Assembly (NCBI RefSeq): GCF_963676685.1
Contig: NC_092346.1
Coordinates: 88,660,001 to 88,724,000 of the forward strand
Length of the DNA: 64,000 bases
Source of the DNA: Mytilus edulis
Lineage: Eukaryota
Direction of reading: 5' to 3'
In this document: positions 24,480-36,755 of the stretch, piece by piece
Position numbering within the stretch: the first letter of the stretch is position 1
Layout: each line of letters begins with the position of its first letter
The notes under the pieces: generated by a model
What the model was told of the DNA's origin: nothing
The model's input: the letters and a program-made list of their open reading frames with translations, nothing else
Databases searched by the model: none
Program-made: the position numbers and the translations under genes

Positions 24480-25347
24480 TCGAATCCAAAAAAGTTAAAA
24501 AACGTCAAATAAAGTACGAAGTTGAAGAGCATTGAGGATCAAAATTCCTAAACGTTTTGCCAAATACAGCATACAATTTTATCATTTTAATATACAACAA
24601 TCTTTTCGATGAGATAGAAATTCTAACATATTTAAGGAAATGAATGATAAACCTCTCGGAGAGGCAAACATTATGTCAGATTAATGAAACAAAAAGGATA
24701 TTGAGACCATTGATGTGTGGGGCCTCGGTTGTTTATTTTTCTAAGTAGTTTATCTACAGTTATTTATAGGCTGTCAACTCAGAGGTTTTGAGATCGAACC
24801 CCGCTTGTGGCCAGGTGCATACGATCTCAACATTTCAACCCAGGACAAAAAGGGGTGTTCCAACTATATGTCCCCATTCGAATGCACAAAAGGAAGGGTC
24901 AAACTACGAACATCCCCCCCCCCCCCCCCCCCCCCCCCCCCACTGGATCCGCGACTATATATTCATATATTGAAATATCCAGCCTGCATAATTGGGTTTA
25001 AAGTAAATGATATCAAGGAAAGGATAGTTTGGGTTTTAATTATTATTATATATAAAATGTATCTACTTTCTTTACCAAAACAAACTTCCTTAAAGAGACC
25101 GTTTGTGTACTTTTATATTGCTGAAATAGGTTGAATACATTGTATAAATTCATTATTGTATAAAGGCAGGTAAATTATTAATCAAGTCAACTTCATTAAT
25201 TAGAAATATTGTTTTAGTACACAGTTATCGGTCTTTGTATAACCTGTTTCGATTTTACGGGTCATTGATCAATTATGCATTAACCATATTAGATTGTCAT
25301 GAACAGAATTACGGATACTAGTCCAACTAGACAAGCTTAGAGCAGAT

Positions 25348-28300
25348 ATGTACTATTTATTGCTCTGTGGATTATGTTTGTATATTTCTTCTGTATATGC
25401 CTCTGGTAAGTATAAATTATTGTTTAAGCCTATTATTGTTTGTGTCATTTTTCAGCGAATTGTAGAAAAAAAACTATAAAATTCTAAAGCAAATGCTATG
25501 TCATGATTCCTAGATTGAAACAAACATCAATACTTAGAATTTAAGATGAGGTGAAAATCAATTAAATCAATGACAAATAATAGCAAATCAGAAATTCTGT
25601 TTCATTGAGAGAATAACTAATTTCAAACGCAATCTGAACTTTATTCAACGATTTGTCTAATCAGTAAATGCATGTTCACCTGCAAGTTAATAATATGACC
25701 ATGCATGACAATGTTTTATTGAACACCAATGAGTCGAGTTCACCGAGTATTGATACATTAAAAATTACCCCATAATTTCTGTTAACAGCTGATGATATGT
25801 TTAATGAATGTTATTGTATTTTAATTTTTAACCGATTATGATATTGATGATACTAATAATATGTATTGACTTAAATTCAGTGGTTACAATAATTTTAATA
25901 CCGTTTGAACACAGGCACTTGTATCTTCCAATGGATAGAATAAGTGCGTGTGCGTTTGAAAGGTGAGAGAAAATCATTGATGTATTGAAAGAATATCAAT
26001 CACCACGGCAAATTAAATTTATATTTCTGTTCGTTAAAGATATATTTTTGAAAATCAAACTTGACTTTGAGAGTAGTTTTTGCTCGCGGTTTTTCTTCGA
26101 TCTCTTCAATACCACTATCAGTCATGTTTTTCATCGATTATAGTAAGATTTAGTAACATCAACCATACAAACTGGCCTCTATTATTATGTGTCTCACATT
26201 ATATAAACTTGACCCTACTGACTTCTTTGAATTTACGACAAAAAATCTCGACAAAACCTCAAGCAGACTGATGATTATTAACTACGTGGCTTATTTCCAA
26301 AAAATGATGAACAAAGTAAATTAGGAAATTCAGTGCCGTATGTCACAAATTGTTTGGTTGTGCAGATGAACGAAATTAAAGTCATATGAAAGGAGTGACT
26401 CGTGAAAAATAATCATGGTTTTATTCAATTCTTGAACCAATGCATGTATTTATCATGAACGTAGTCTTCTGTGCACGAGTTTATCATTTTTTACGCAAAA
26501 TATCGTATAATCCTCAATTTTTTTTTCTCTCTGTCTGTTATGATGTGAAAATATGGCTAACTTTTTGTCGTGTTTTGAAGCCGAAGTTTACCGATTGTCA
26601 CCTTATAGTAAACAACCAACAAAGAAGCATGGGTATTGAGAACGTGTATAACTGGTACAATCAGATAATAGTTTATTTCAGAGAGATCCATGCGTATTGC
26701 GATTACCGGATTTTTACGAGACGGGTCACGCTAAGGTCACTTTGCTCACGGAAAATATGTCGGCGAATTGCTTCCTGGAAGCAAGCAATTAAAAAGTGGG
26801 CTTTATCTAAATGTATTCAAATCAAAGAATGTTCTTCAGAAAAAAGTTATGTACATAGGTTTTACAATGAAAACTATCAATTTAGTTATAAAAAACATAT
26901 GCATCATTTTTTTCAAATTTGAGGTTTCATATGACAAGTGTTTGAGAATCATGCACAAAAGATTTGATATTTAAATGAAGAGTACAGAGAACATATTCAT
27001 ATACTCCAATATTTTGTCAAAAAATCGATGTCAGCTTTAAAGGAGGACGTATAAAAAACGTGAACTAATTGTTAATGTCAGATACGTTAACGGATTTAAG
27101 TACAATTAATGACTTATAATAGTCTTATCCGTTTTAAATTAATATATATATATTTGAGAATTAAACATGAATTATTAATTTTCATTTAATATGCATTATA
27201 GTAAAACATAAACCAATCATATTTTGTTTTCAGTCCGACATCAATTTACGCTTGAAAAGCTGTACACATTGCCTTTCAGACATAAATAATGATTTAATAT
27301 ATAAAAAAGAAGATGTGGTATGATTGCCAATGAGACAACTATCCACAAGAGACCAAAATGACACAGACATTAACAACTATAGGTCACCGTACGGCCTTCA
27401 ACAATGAGCAAAGCCTATACCGCATAGTCAGCTATAAAAGGCCCCGATAAGACAATGTAAAACAATTCAAACGAGAAAACTAACGGCCTTATTTATGTAA
27501 AAAAATGAACGAAAAACAAATATGTAACACATAAACAAACGACAACCACTGAATTACAGGCTCCTGACTTGGGACAGGCACATACATAAATAATGTGGCG
27601 GGGTTAAACATGTTAGCGGGATCCCAACCCTCTCCCTAACCTGGGACAGTGGTATAACAGTACAGCATAAGAACGAACTATATAAATCAGTTGAAAAAGG
27701 CTTAACTCATCAGATGGACAAACATACAAGTGGACGTGGCCGTGTACTTATACATCCCGACACAAAAAGACACAAAAACAGATCTGAGAGTACTAGCAGT
27801 TATCTGACAGCTAGTTCAAAGCCACTAACAACTAATAAAAAATCATGCATCTAAGACTAAACTATCAATCCGTACACATCCAACATCTAATGGATTTAGT
27901 GTAAAGACGTTATAAACAGCCAGAGAAAAACATGACCTTGTGCAATGCCAAGTTACAGGTATCGGCAGATTGTAGGTCCATGAATATGTATATGTATATA
28001 TTATACTAGTAATATTTAGTTAGCTTTTAATTTACTGATAACAAAATCAATATTTATACCAATAAAAACAATATTCAATGATCTTATTACAGTGTTGAAT
28101 AGGTAGCCTTTTAAAATTAGTTTATTTAAAGGAGCGACAATTTTACATGGATCATTTTTAAATTTCCGGGCACGGTTAACAACATTTCCGTAAAAATGAG
28201 GATGTGCTATCCCATTTGAAATAAGCTTCCTACAGGTACAACCAAACTTCAAAACCAAATCTTTATATCTATGGAAAAAAGTAATTTATGGTAACGCTGT

Positions 28301-31300
28301 TTCTGGAAGCCTTTGAAAACAATGCAAAATTTATACAAACATGTCATTATAAAAAATGACACCCCTTTCATGTTAATATTGCTCTTTGCAGTTAGAAGAA
28401 CATTCTAACAATTTCAATGCAGAAATTTTAATTGCATTTGAGACCTTACTTTTGTCGATTTCGTGGTAATGTATCTGTGTCGTTACAGAGCACATATTGA
28501 CGGCGTATTGGAGCTACTTTGAAGTTAACTTAGATTTATCTGGTGGAACCGTTGCTCTTAAGTCCTAATTTTACTTTTTGATGGTCCGCAAATTGTCAAA
28601 AATATATGGACATAAGAGCTACGGTTCCGCAGCTAACTAAGATTAAGTTCTAAAAAACAGTCTTAGATTATGTTGTAGTTAAGTGCCTTTGGGTTGTTCG
28701 TACATGAATTGTTTACTATATTTACACTCAAAGTCGACAACACATTCTGGTTTAATAATCTTTTTAATTTTACTTTTAACATTAAAATTGTCAGAATGTA
28801 TAACTGGGACCAAACCTTCAACCTCCTTGTACAGACATACCACCTGCTGACTTGATCTTTTTGACTGCAGGTTGTCTAATTCTAAGTCGGTTAAACATTT
28901 TTGTGGTCGGTTTTCAACTCTTGACATGTTATTTCTTATAAAAAATCTTAAATCCCTACGCCGGATCCTCGTATCCTTCAATATTAGTCAACCTTTTTGT
29001 CATGTCACCATTTTCCGATATATATCTATCTAGCGATGCATAAATGAACATGTAGAATTTTTGGACTTCAAAAGTCATGACTTCGAGTCAAGATATGATA
29101 ATTTATACTTAAAAAAGTGTGCATTAAAAGACTTGTGCAATATTCACAACTAATGTTTATGCTTTATCACATTCTAATCCTAACGTTTCATTTAAAACTA
29201 TTTTATCAAGAGTCCAGTAACGGTCTGCCAGGAACAACGTATACAAAATGGACTTGGACAAAATGGTTTGATACAGATTCAGGAGAACGAGAAACAGAAA
29301 CCTATGAGTCTATCGTAGCAGTAAGTATAATGATCTCCTGTGAGATATAAAACAAACCGTTGAGTCTATTGTAGCGGCAAGTAATGATCTCCTGTGAGAA
29401 CTAAGACAAACCTATGAGTCTATTGTAGAGGTAAGTAATGATCTCCTGTGAGAACTAATACAAACCTATATGAGTCTATTGTAGCGGTATAAGTAACGAT
29501 ATCATGTGAGAACTTAGTCAAACGTACGATTCTATTGTAGTAAAAGTGCAATTGAAAATGATGATCAAAGTGATCTTTTAATAACCTTGACATTTGCCAA
29601 TTTCTTCTTAAAATTTTATATTCTACTTTCTCAATGTAGTCCTTCACCGTACTGGAAACTTAATGGATACTATCAAATTGAAACATTATGTCTGGGTAGT
29701 TTGGACACAGTGCACACGCACTCTGTTACAAATGTACAATATAATTGATCAATGGAATGACGGTACAATACTTGCCACTGGACGTTAACGAACAGACACC
29801 AATCAAGCATAATCACAAGTGGCTACATATTTCAAAATACGTTAAATAATAACTTTGATAAAAAAAAAAAGCATTACAGGTGCGCTTTTGACGAACTATC
29901 AATTTCTTTTCAGAGAGGTTGGAACATTTGTCGTGGTGGAAAACTCATAGGATGTGAATGTAAACGAGATGACACAAAAGAAATTATGTCTAATGGCAAT
30001 TTCTTTAATACCTCTCATATACTTGGTACTGATCTAGAGTGTAAACTAAATGGAATCGAGTGTCATAATATTCTATGTATGAACCTTGAAGTTCGCTTTT
30101 TATGTGAAGGTAATACAAATGACCTAAAAAAAGTTAATTGCAATAAGTTCGTAAAAAAAGTGTAGATACTTTTACACAAAACCGCTATCTGGAATGTCAA
30201 CCAGCATTACATTTGTTTCCCAGAGTTTTAATTTGTATATATTTTGCATCATAAGTCTTGAAGAAGTGCAGTAGTGCAGGTAGTTTCACACCACACCTCT
30301 TTGCCAAAGAAAAACTAATTTTACAGTTTTATGGGTGATGTTAAATTCTGCATTAAATACATATTATAGATTTATATAGGCTATTGATATATCCAATCAT
30401 TAAGGATAAATATTATAACATACTTGCTATAGATTCTAAATATATTTTTATTCGTATGTAAATACCTCCAATTGTATTCGTACTTCACGCTACTTATAAG
30501 CTGTGTGTTAATATTTTCGTGTTTCATAGCAGATTCAAATGTCGTTTTAAAAAATGAATATAAAACATTTGAAATGAAAATAATAACAGCAGTTAATGGA
30601 TTTTCCGTTCTAAAAACATGTGTTCTTTCAATCGTGCATCAGAATTTATAAGTTCTTCTACAGTTCCTTTGTTACCCTTATAAAATTCAGGAGTACCATA
30701 AGAAAGTTACGAGAAGGGAGAGGGAATATCATTTCCCGTCCATTTCAAAATATTAGAGAAGCAGGGTGTAGATATTAACTTCCTTATTACTCATGGAAAA
30801 TTTTACGTGCATATGGATGTCAATTAGATTTGGTTGATTTCCTTTTTTACATTGGTTTTTCATCTCTCAGCTACAAACAGCTCCAAACAGAAAAAAAACC
30901 CGTCAACTCGATTTCTACAGTGACTCCAACAATCGAGTTTTTTTTTTATATATTTCAACCAGTTGAATCAGAATTTTCCTGGTCATTTGACCAATAATGC
31001 TAAATCTTGATATTTCTTTTTGAGTCAGTGGAAAACCACCTGCATTTTTGGTCCATACAATTATCCTAGGATACCATATTTTGTTTTAGTTTAACTGTAT
31101 TTTCATTTTTATACGACCGCAAATTTTTTTTTGGGATCGTATAATGATATGATGTCGTCGTCGTCGTCCGAAGATACATTTGGTTTTCGGGCAATGACTG
31201 TAGTTTAAGTCAATGGATCTCTATGAAATTTAGGAAGAAGGTTTAATACCACAAAAGGAAGGTTGAGATTGATTTTGGGGATGATGGTCCCAACCGTTTA

Positions 31301-33764
31301 GGAATTAGGGGCCCAAAAGGGGCAAAAACAAGCATTTTTCTACTTTCAGGTTAATAACTTGTGTATTAGTATTTCAATTGCTCTGAAATTGTACCAAAAG
31401 ATAAATACTCCAAGTATAAGGTTTGGATTCATTTTGGGGGTTATGGTGTCAACAGTTAAGGAATTAAGGACTAAAAAGGGGCCAAAACAAGCAAATTTAG
31501 CTCACCTGGTCCGTCGTCGTTTACTTTTACAAAAATCTTCTCCTCTGAAACTACAGGGCCAAATTTAACCAAACTTGGCCACAATCATCACTAGGGTATC
31601 TGGTTTAAAAAAATGTGTCTGGTGACCCTGCCAAACAACCAAGATGGCCGCCATGTAATAGAACATAGGGATAAAATGTAGATTTTGGCTTATATATCTG
31701 AAATCAAAGCATTTAGAGCAAATCTGGCAAGAGAAAATTGTTTATCAGGCCAAGATCTATCTGCCCTCAAATTTTCAGACAAATCAAACAACCCGTTGTT
31801 GGGTTGCTGCCCCTGAATTAGTAATTTTAAGGAAATTTTGCAGTTTTTAGTTATTATCTTGAATATTATTCTAGATAGAGATAAACTGTAACCAGCAATA
31901 ATGTTCAGCAAAGTAAGATCTACAAGTCAGTCAAACATGACCAAAATTGTCAGTTGATCCCTTTAGGAGTTATTGCCCTTTATAGTCAATTTTTACCAAT
32001 TTTTCTAAAATTTTAGTAATCTTTTTAAAAAATCTTCTCATCTGAAACTACTGGGCCAAATTTGTCCAAACTTAGCCACAATCATTATTAGGGTATCTAG
32101 TTTAAAAAAAGTGTGTGCGGTGACCCAGCCAATCAACCAAGATGGCCACCATGGCTAAAAATAGAACATAGGGGTAAAATGTAGATTTTGGCTTATAACT
32201 CTGAAACTGAAGCATTTAGAGCAAATCTGACGAGGGGTTAAATTGTTAATCAAGTCAATATCTGCCCTGAAATGTTCAGATGAATTAGACAACTAGTTGT
32301 TGGGTTGCTGCCCCCAATTGGTAATTTTTAAAGAAATTTTGCCGTTTATGGATTGGTTATTATCTTGAATACTATTATAGATAGAGATAATATGTAAACA
32401 GCAATAATGTTCAACTAAGTAACTAAACGGCCAAGTTTATTATAGATAGAGAAAATTGTAAGTAGCAAGAATGTTCAGTAAAGTAAGATCTACAAACACA
32501 TCACCATCACCAAAACACAATTTTGTCATGAATCCATCTGTGTCCTTTGTTTAATATGCACATAGACCAAGGTGAGCGACAAAAGCTCTTAAGAGCCTCT
32601 GGTTGTTGTTTCTGGACAATAACATGTATGTAGGTTTATTAATCCATCTGGCATTGTACCACAAGGTTCCATATTACAAAAGGAAGGCTGGGATTGAATT
32701 TGGGGGTAATTGCCCAATTCATGCAGGAATTTGGGGCCAAAAAGGGCCAAAAACAAGCATTTTTCCAGTTCCGAGACAATAACTTGTGTTTAAGAATATG
32801 GATCTCTCTGAAATTGTACTACAAGGTTCCATACTACAAAGGAAAGGATGGGATTCAGTGTGGGGGTAAATGCTCCAAGGGGGGGTTCAAAAGTTTAAAA
32901 CTTTTGAAAATTTTCAACAAGTATCTTTAACTACACAGTATTCCACAATATATTTGTAAGATCTTGACATTTATTTTGCGTCAGAAACCTATACTATGTC
33001 AAAAATTTGATCACAATTCAAATTTAGACAGTATCAAGCTTGAATATTGTGTCCATATTTGCCCCAACTGTTCAGGGTTTAACATCTGCGGTCGTATCAG
33101 GCTGCTCTCAGCGAAGCAATTTATTCTACATATAATATTATATTTTGTGTTTATTTCAGACGTGATACTTGAAAGTGGATCAGCAGTATTTTATTTTCTG
33201 ATGTTAATTATACCAGTATTAGTCATACTGTTCAGATTATACTGTTGGGGTATTGTGAAGAAACGAATTAAAAAAAGACATACTGGGAATAGGAACACAA
33301 ACGGAAGTTCTCCACAAGATGTTATAGATATGTCGGTCTTTGACCCCCCATCATACGACGACTTATTTGGTTCCCAAACACACACGAGTTTCGGTGATAT
33401 CAAATGCAATAATTGTAATCACTTAAAAACCACTTGTCAATCTTTGACTGAACAATCAAATGAAACTGCTCAAAACTCAAACTCAAGAAGGGAGTTCTCT
33501 AGTGTAGACTGCTCATGTGAATGTCATAAAACCGATAATTGTACAGCTTCTTCACGGTGTGAATCAAATAAGAATTATTCAAGAATAAATCCAGCTTATA
33601 TTCACAACAACGAAGCAAATAATAATACTGGAAGCGGGACAAGGACACATAGTATTTCTATAAACGTAATCAGTGGAGCGTGCATTGAAACTCTGCCTCC
33701 TACTTATTCAGAGGCCTTAGTTATTTTGAAAAGGAAAGAAGGTTTGGATGCAACACATTTGTGA
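25348..33764 (+). CDS. Type I membrane protein, paralog B (322 aa); exons 25348-25405, 29211-29320, 29914-30109, 33160-33764
   Basis: Open 969-nt CDS after GT-AG splicing with the same phases as paralog A; MYYLLLCGLCLYISSVYAS, WTWTKWFDTD, cysteine pattern, TM, PPSY, LPPTY and ATHL all conserved. Confidence 0.85.
26380..26936. mobile_element. Probable non-autonomous TIR transposon (Kolobok-like), present only in paralog B intron 1
   Basis: ttaa|agtcatatgaaa ... tttcatatgac inverted ends; absent at the paralogous position in intron 1 of gene A. Confidence 0.5.
27294..28290 (-). mobile_element. Retroelement 3' fragment (ORF end at 28016-28258 plus trailer), possibly Penelope-like; insertion specific to paralog B
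   Basis: Interrupts sequence that is contiguous in paralog A (cataaataatgat|...tgttt(a/c)tggaagc); contains the abundant repeat core; the ORF remnant GIAHPHFYGNVV resembles the C-terminus of an RT ORF. Confidence 0.5.
28525..28650. repeat. Short fold-back inverted repeat
   Basis: ggaaccgttgctcttaagtcc (28545-28565) vs ggacataagagctacggttcc (28609-28629), 2 mismatches. Confidence 0.55.
29297..29545 (+). repeat. ~55-bp exon-end/donor minisatellite of paralog B (~5 copies)
   Basis: Same unit as 19975-20735. Confidence 0.75.
31106..33123 (+). mobile_element. Helentron-associated non-autonomous element (HINE/DINE-1-like), outer element
   Basis: 5' T-run + subTIR atacgaccgca + inverted copy + (gtc)n microsatellite; 3' tgcggtcgtat + short hairpin + T-rich end. 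Confidence 0.7.
31496..32604 (+). mobile_element. Second HINE nested within the first
   Basis: tttagctcacct ... aggtgagc subTIRs; 3' palindrome gctcttaagagc then ctggtt; internal ~0.5-kb duplicated block. Confidence 0.7.
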
Positions 33765-34140
33765 GAGAAATACAAAATGTTAACAATAAACATATGCAAA
33801 ATATATACCAAATAGATCAGTTTTGTAAAAAATTCGATTGACAGATTGAAAAAATTCAAATACAAAAACTGTTCAGTTACAGTTATCACGAATGTTTATA
33901 ATTGTGGTTCGAACATATTCTTTTGAAACGGCATTACTTTTGTGGCTTACATATGTAGTTTGTAGTCAATTTTGTTATCTAAATTTATACCAACGTCTGA
34001 ATAAGATTGTTATAGGTAATAATATTGATTTTGTTATTGGTAAATCGAATTAAAAGCAAACTTAAATATTATTATTATCTGACATTAATGGATCTACAAT
34101 CTTTCGACACCAGTTTCAAGACATTGCATACGGTCATGTT

Positions 34141-34203
34141 ATTAGTCCCTATTGACGAAGTCGAATGGGACTTGAGGTTTGCACTCTGTCCGTCTGTCCA
34201 TCA
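34141..34203 (+). mobile_element. Possible 5' end of a HINE abutting the start of the 7SL array
   Basis: Hairpin agtccc-t-att-gac-gaa-gtc-g-aat-gggact followed by a tctgtccgtctgtcc microsatellite, the same layout as the HINE 5' ends upstream. Confidence 0.45.
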
Positions 34204-34296
34204 AGCAGGCAAAAGTCCCCGTGTCGATCAGTAGTGGGATCGCGCCTGTGAATAGGCATCTGTCAGCAGCCTGTCCAATATAATTGGACTCGGCTC
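34204..34296 (+). pseudogene. RN7SL: 3' fragment of a 7SL gene at the left boundary of the array
   Basis: Starts at agcaggcaaaag, midway through helix 8, and ends at the ggactcggctc-T run. Confidence 0.85.
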
Positions 34297-34850
34297 TTTT
34301 TTTTGTTCTCTTTTCTTTTGGAGGAGGGGGAGGGGGGGGGGGCTCCGAAAATTGTAGTTTTATGTCAAAGAACTCTATAATCACCAGGAAATGATAGGTC
34401 TCTCTCTATGCAAACAATACTATTTGCATCACTTCAATGTCGCTGAACAGGTATAGAGGAATCATTATTTTTCTTTGTCTTTTCTGTAAATGTCTAATTC
34501 AATTCACCTGTCAGCTCCGGTCACAAGTCTGGAAATCGTCAGTTCTTGTCTTTGTTTCAAGTTGGGCTTCTTTTTCCTGCACTTGAAAAAAAAAAAAAAT
34601 TGGTGCTGATCACAGATTTATGTATTTTCTGTGAAAGAGGAAGGACCAATGTCTACTGTATTTATTTCACAGCAGGATCATTTTCAAAAGAAAAAGTCTC
34701 TTATTCTTAATGTACCCAAAACAAACAAAACACGTAGTAGAATAGCCTCATGTGCGCATACAATAAACACAATTCCCGATATTTTTTAGACAAATTTCGA
34801 GTATCCACCGTGAAAAAAAAAATCAACATAAAAAAGTCATCCTTAAAATG

Positions 34851-35208
34851 ATGCAAATAACCACATTTAGCTGTGCGACGTCCTTCGACGTTAAATTTCA
34901 CCAAAATTTGTAAAATTGTATTTTTGTCTTTTTTTCTCTCTTATTTTATCAATGTTTTTTCTTTCTTTCTTTCACAGTAATATAGCACTCTAATGATAAG
35001 GACCGATTGAATTTCTTCAGTCTAATAATTTTAGTACTCGTAACCATATGGACACACTGCCACGTGTACATGTATATTATAAATAGATAGCCGTAGTTTC
35101 TCACTTTAATTGCATGTTTTAAATAATGTTTTTTTTTTTTAAATACATACATGTCGTTTATGCAAATATGGTTTATGTATCGGTACCTAACATGATCATG
35201 TATAAATA
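34851..35208 (+). promoter_or_regulatory. Upstream elements of the 7SL gene (repeated in every unit): octamers ATGCAAAT at 34851 and 35160, CACGTG at 35061, TATA box TATAAATA at 35201-35208 (-32 to -25)
   Basis: Motifs read directly; TATA spacing fits an upstream-assisted Pol III promoter; function is inferred. Confidence 0.6.
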
Positions 35209-35232
35209 GTGAAAATTTCCACATGTTTATCG

Positions 35233-35527
35233 GTTGGGAGTTGTGGCGTGCTCCTGTGATCCAGCTACCTGGAGACCGGAGTCGGTGAACGGTGTGAGGG
35301 CAGGAGTCCTGCTTTCAGGTGTTCTATGTTGAGCGGGCGTCCGCACTAAGATCGGTATCAATATGGGCACACCGAGGGAGCTCAGTGTGACCAGGTTGTC
35401 TAAGGAGGGACGTACGGGCCAAGGGCGGAAACGCAGCAGGCAAAAGTCCCCGTGTCGATCAGTAGTGGGATCGCGCCTGTGAATAGGCATCTGTCAGCAG
35501 CCTGTCCAATATAATTGGACTCGGCTC
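35233..35527 (+). ncRNA. RN7SL: 7SL / signal recognition particle RNA gene
   Basis: Colinear with metazoan 7SL: gtggcg...cctgt...ccagctac (Alu domain), gtccgcactaag, atcaatatgg, GGAG tetraloop (helix 6), ccaggttg-ctaaggaggg, cgGAAAcg-agcagg (helix 8), gatcagtagtgggatcgcgcctgtgaatag; 295 nt, followed by a T-run. Confidence 0.97.
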
Positions 35528-35535
35528 TTTTTTTT
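35528..35535 (+). terminator. Pol III terminator (T8), present in every unit
   Basis: T-run immediately after the 7SL 3' end. Confidence 0.85.
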
Positions 35536-36460
35536 GTTCTCTTTTCTTTTGGAGGAGGGGGAGGGGGGGCTCCGAAAATTGTAGTTTTATGTCAAAGAAC
35601 TCTATAATCACCAGGAAATGATAGGTCTCTCTCTATGCAAACAATACTATTTGCATCACTTCAATGTCGCTGAACAGGTATAGAGGAATCATTATTTTTC
35701 TTTGTCTTTTCTGTAAATGTCTAATTCAATTCACCTGTCAGCTCCGGTCACAAGTCTGGAAATCGTCAGTTCTTGTCTTTGTTTCAAGTTGGGCTTCTTT
35801 TTCCTGCACTTGAAAAAAAAAAAAAAATTGGTGCTGATCACAGATTTATGTATTTTCTGTGAAAGAGGAAGGACCAATGTCTACTGTATTTATTTCACAG
35901 CAGGATCATTTTCAAAAGAAAAAGTCTCTTATTCTTAATGTACCCAAAACAAACAAAACACGTAGTAGAATAGCCTCATGTGCGCATACAATAAACACAA
36001 TTCCCGATATTTTTTAGACAAATTTCGAGTATCCACCGTGAAAAAAAAAATCAACATAAAAAAGTCATCCTTAAAATGATGCAAATAACCACATTTAGCT
36101 GTGCGACGTCCTTCGACGTTAAATTTCACCAAAATTTGTAAAATTGTATTTTTGTCTTTTTTTCTCTCTTATTTTATCAATGTTTTTTCTTTCTTTCTTT
36201 CACAGTAATATAGCACTCTAATGATAAGGACCGATTGAATTTCTTCAGTCTAATAATTTTAGTACTCGTAACCATATGGACACACTGCCACGTGTACATG
36301 TATATTATAAATAGATAGCCGTAGTTTCTCACTTTAATTGCATGTTTTAAATAATGTTTTTTTTTTTTAAATACATACATGTCGTTTATGCAAATATGGT
36401 TTATGTATCGGTACCTAACATGATCATGTATAAATAGTGAAAATTTCCACATGTTTATCG

Positions 36461-36755
36461 GTTGGGAGTTGTGGCGTGCTCCTGTGATCCAGCTACCTGG
36501 AGACCGGAGTCGGTGAACGGTGTGAGGGCAGGAGTCCTGCTTTCAGGTGTTCTATGGTGAGCGGGCGTCCGCACTAAGATCGGTATCAATATGGGCACAC
36601 CGAGGGAGCTCAGTGTGACCAGGTTGTCTAAGGAGGGACGTACGGGCCAAGGGCGGAAACGCAGCAGGCAAAAGTCCCCGTGTCGATCAGTAGTGGGATC
36701 GCGCCTGTGAATAGGCATCTGTCAGCAGCCTGTCCAATATAATTGGACTCGGCTT
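36461..36755 (+). ncRNA. RN7SL: 7SL RNA gene (private T>G variant at 36557)
   Basis: Array copy. Confidence 0.95.

Noticed and set aside
12665-25134. Proline- or glycine-rich short ORFs at 12665, 15457-15740 and 24788-25134
   Set aside because: They are translations of poly-C/poly-G runs inside MITEs.
26440-26922. 160-aa ORF
   Set aside because: It lies inside a non-autonomous TIR element in an intron and shows no recognisable transposase or other motif.
32964-33159. N-terminal extension of the 266-aa ORF (and the 22237 start of the 211-aa ORF) as single-exon genes
   Set aside because: The extension is HINE and intron sequence. Both ORFs are terminal exons entered at tttcAG acceptors (33159 and 22249).
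35233-35527. Alu/B1 SINE, 7SK or human contamination
   Set aside because: The S domain (helices 6 and 8) that Alu lacks is present, the sequence is clearly diverged from human 7SL with compensatory changes, and there is no poly(A) tail or TSD.
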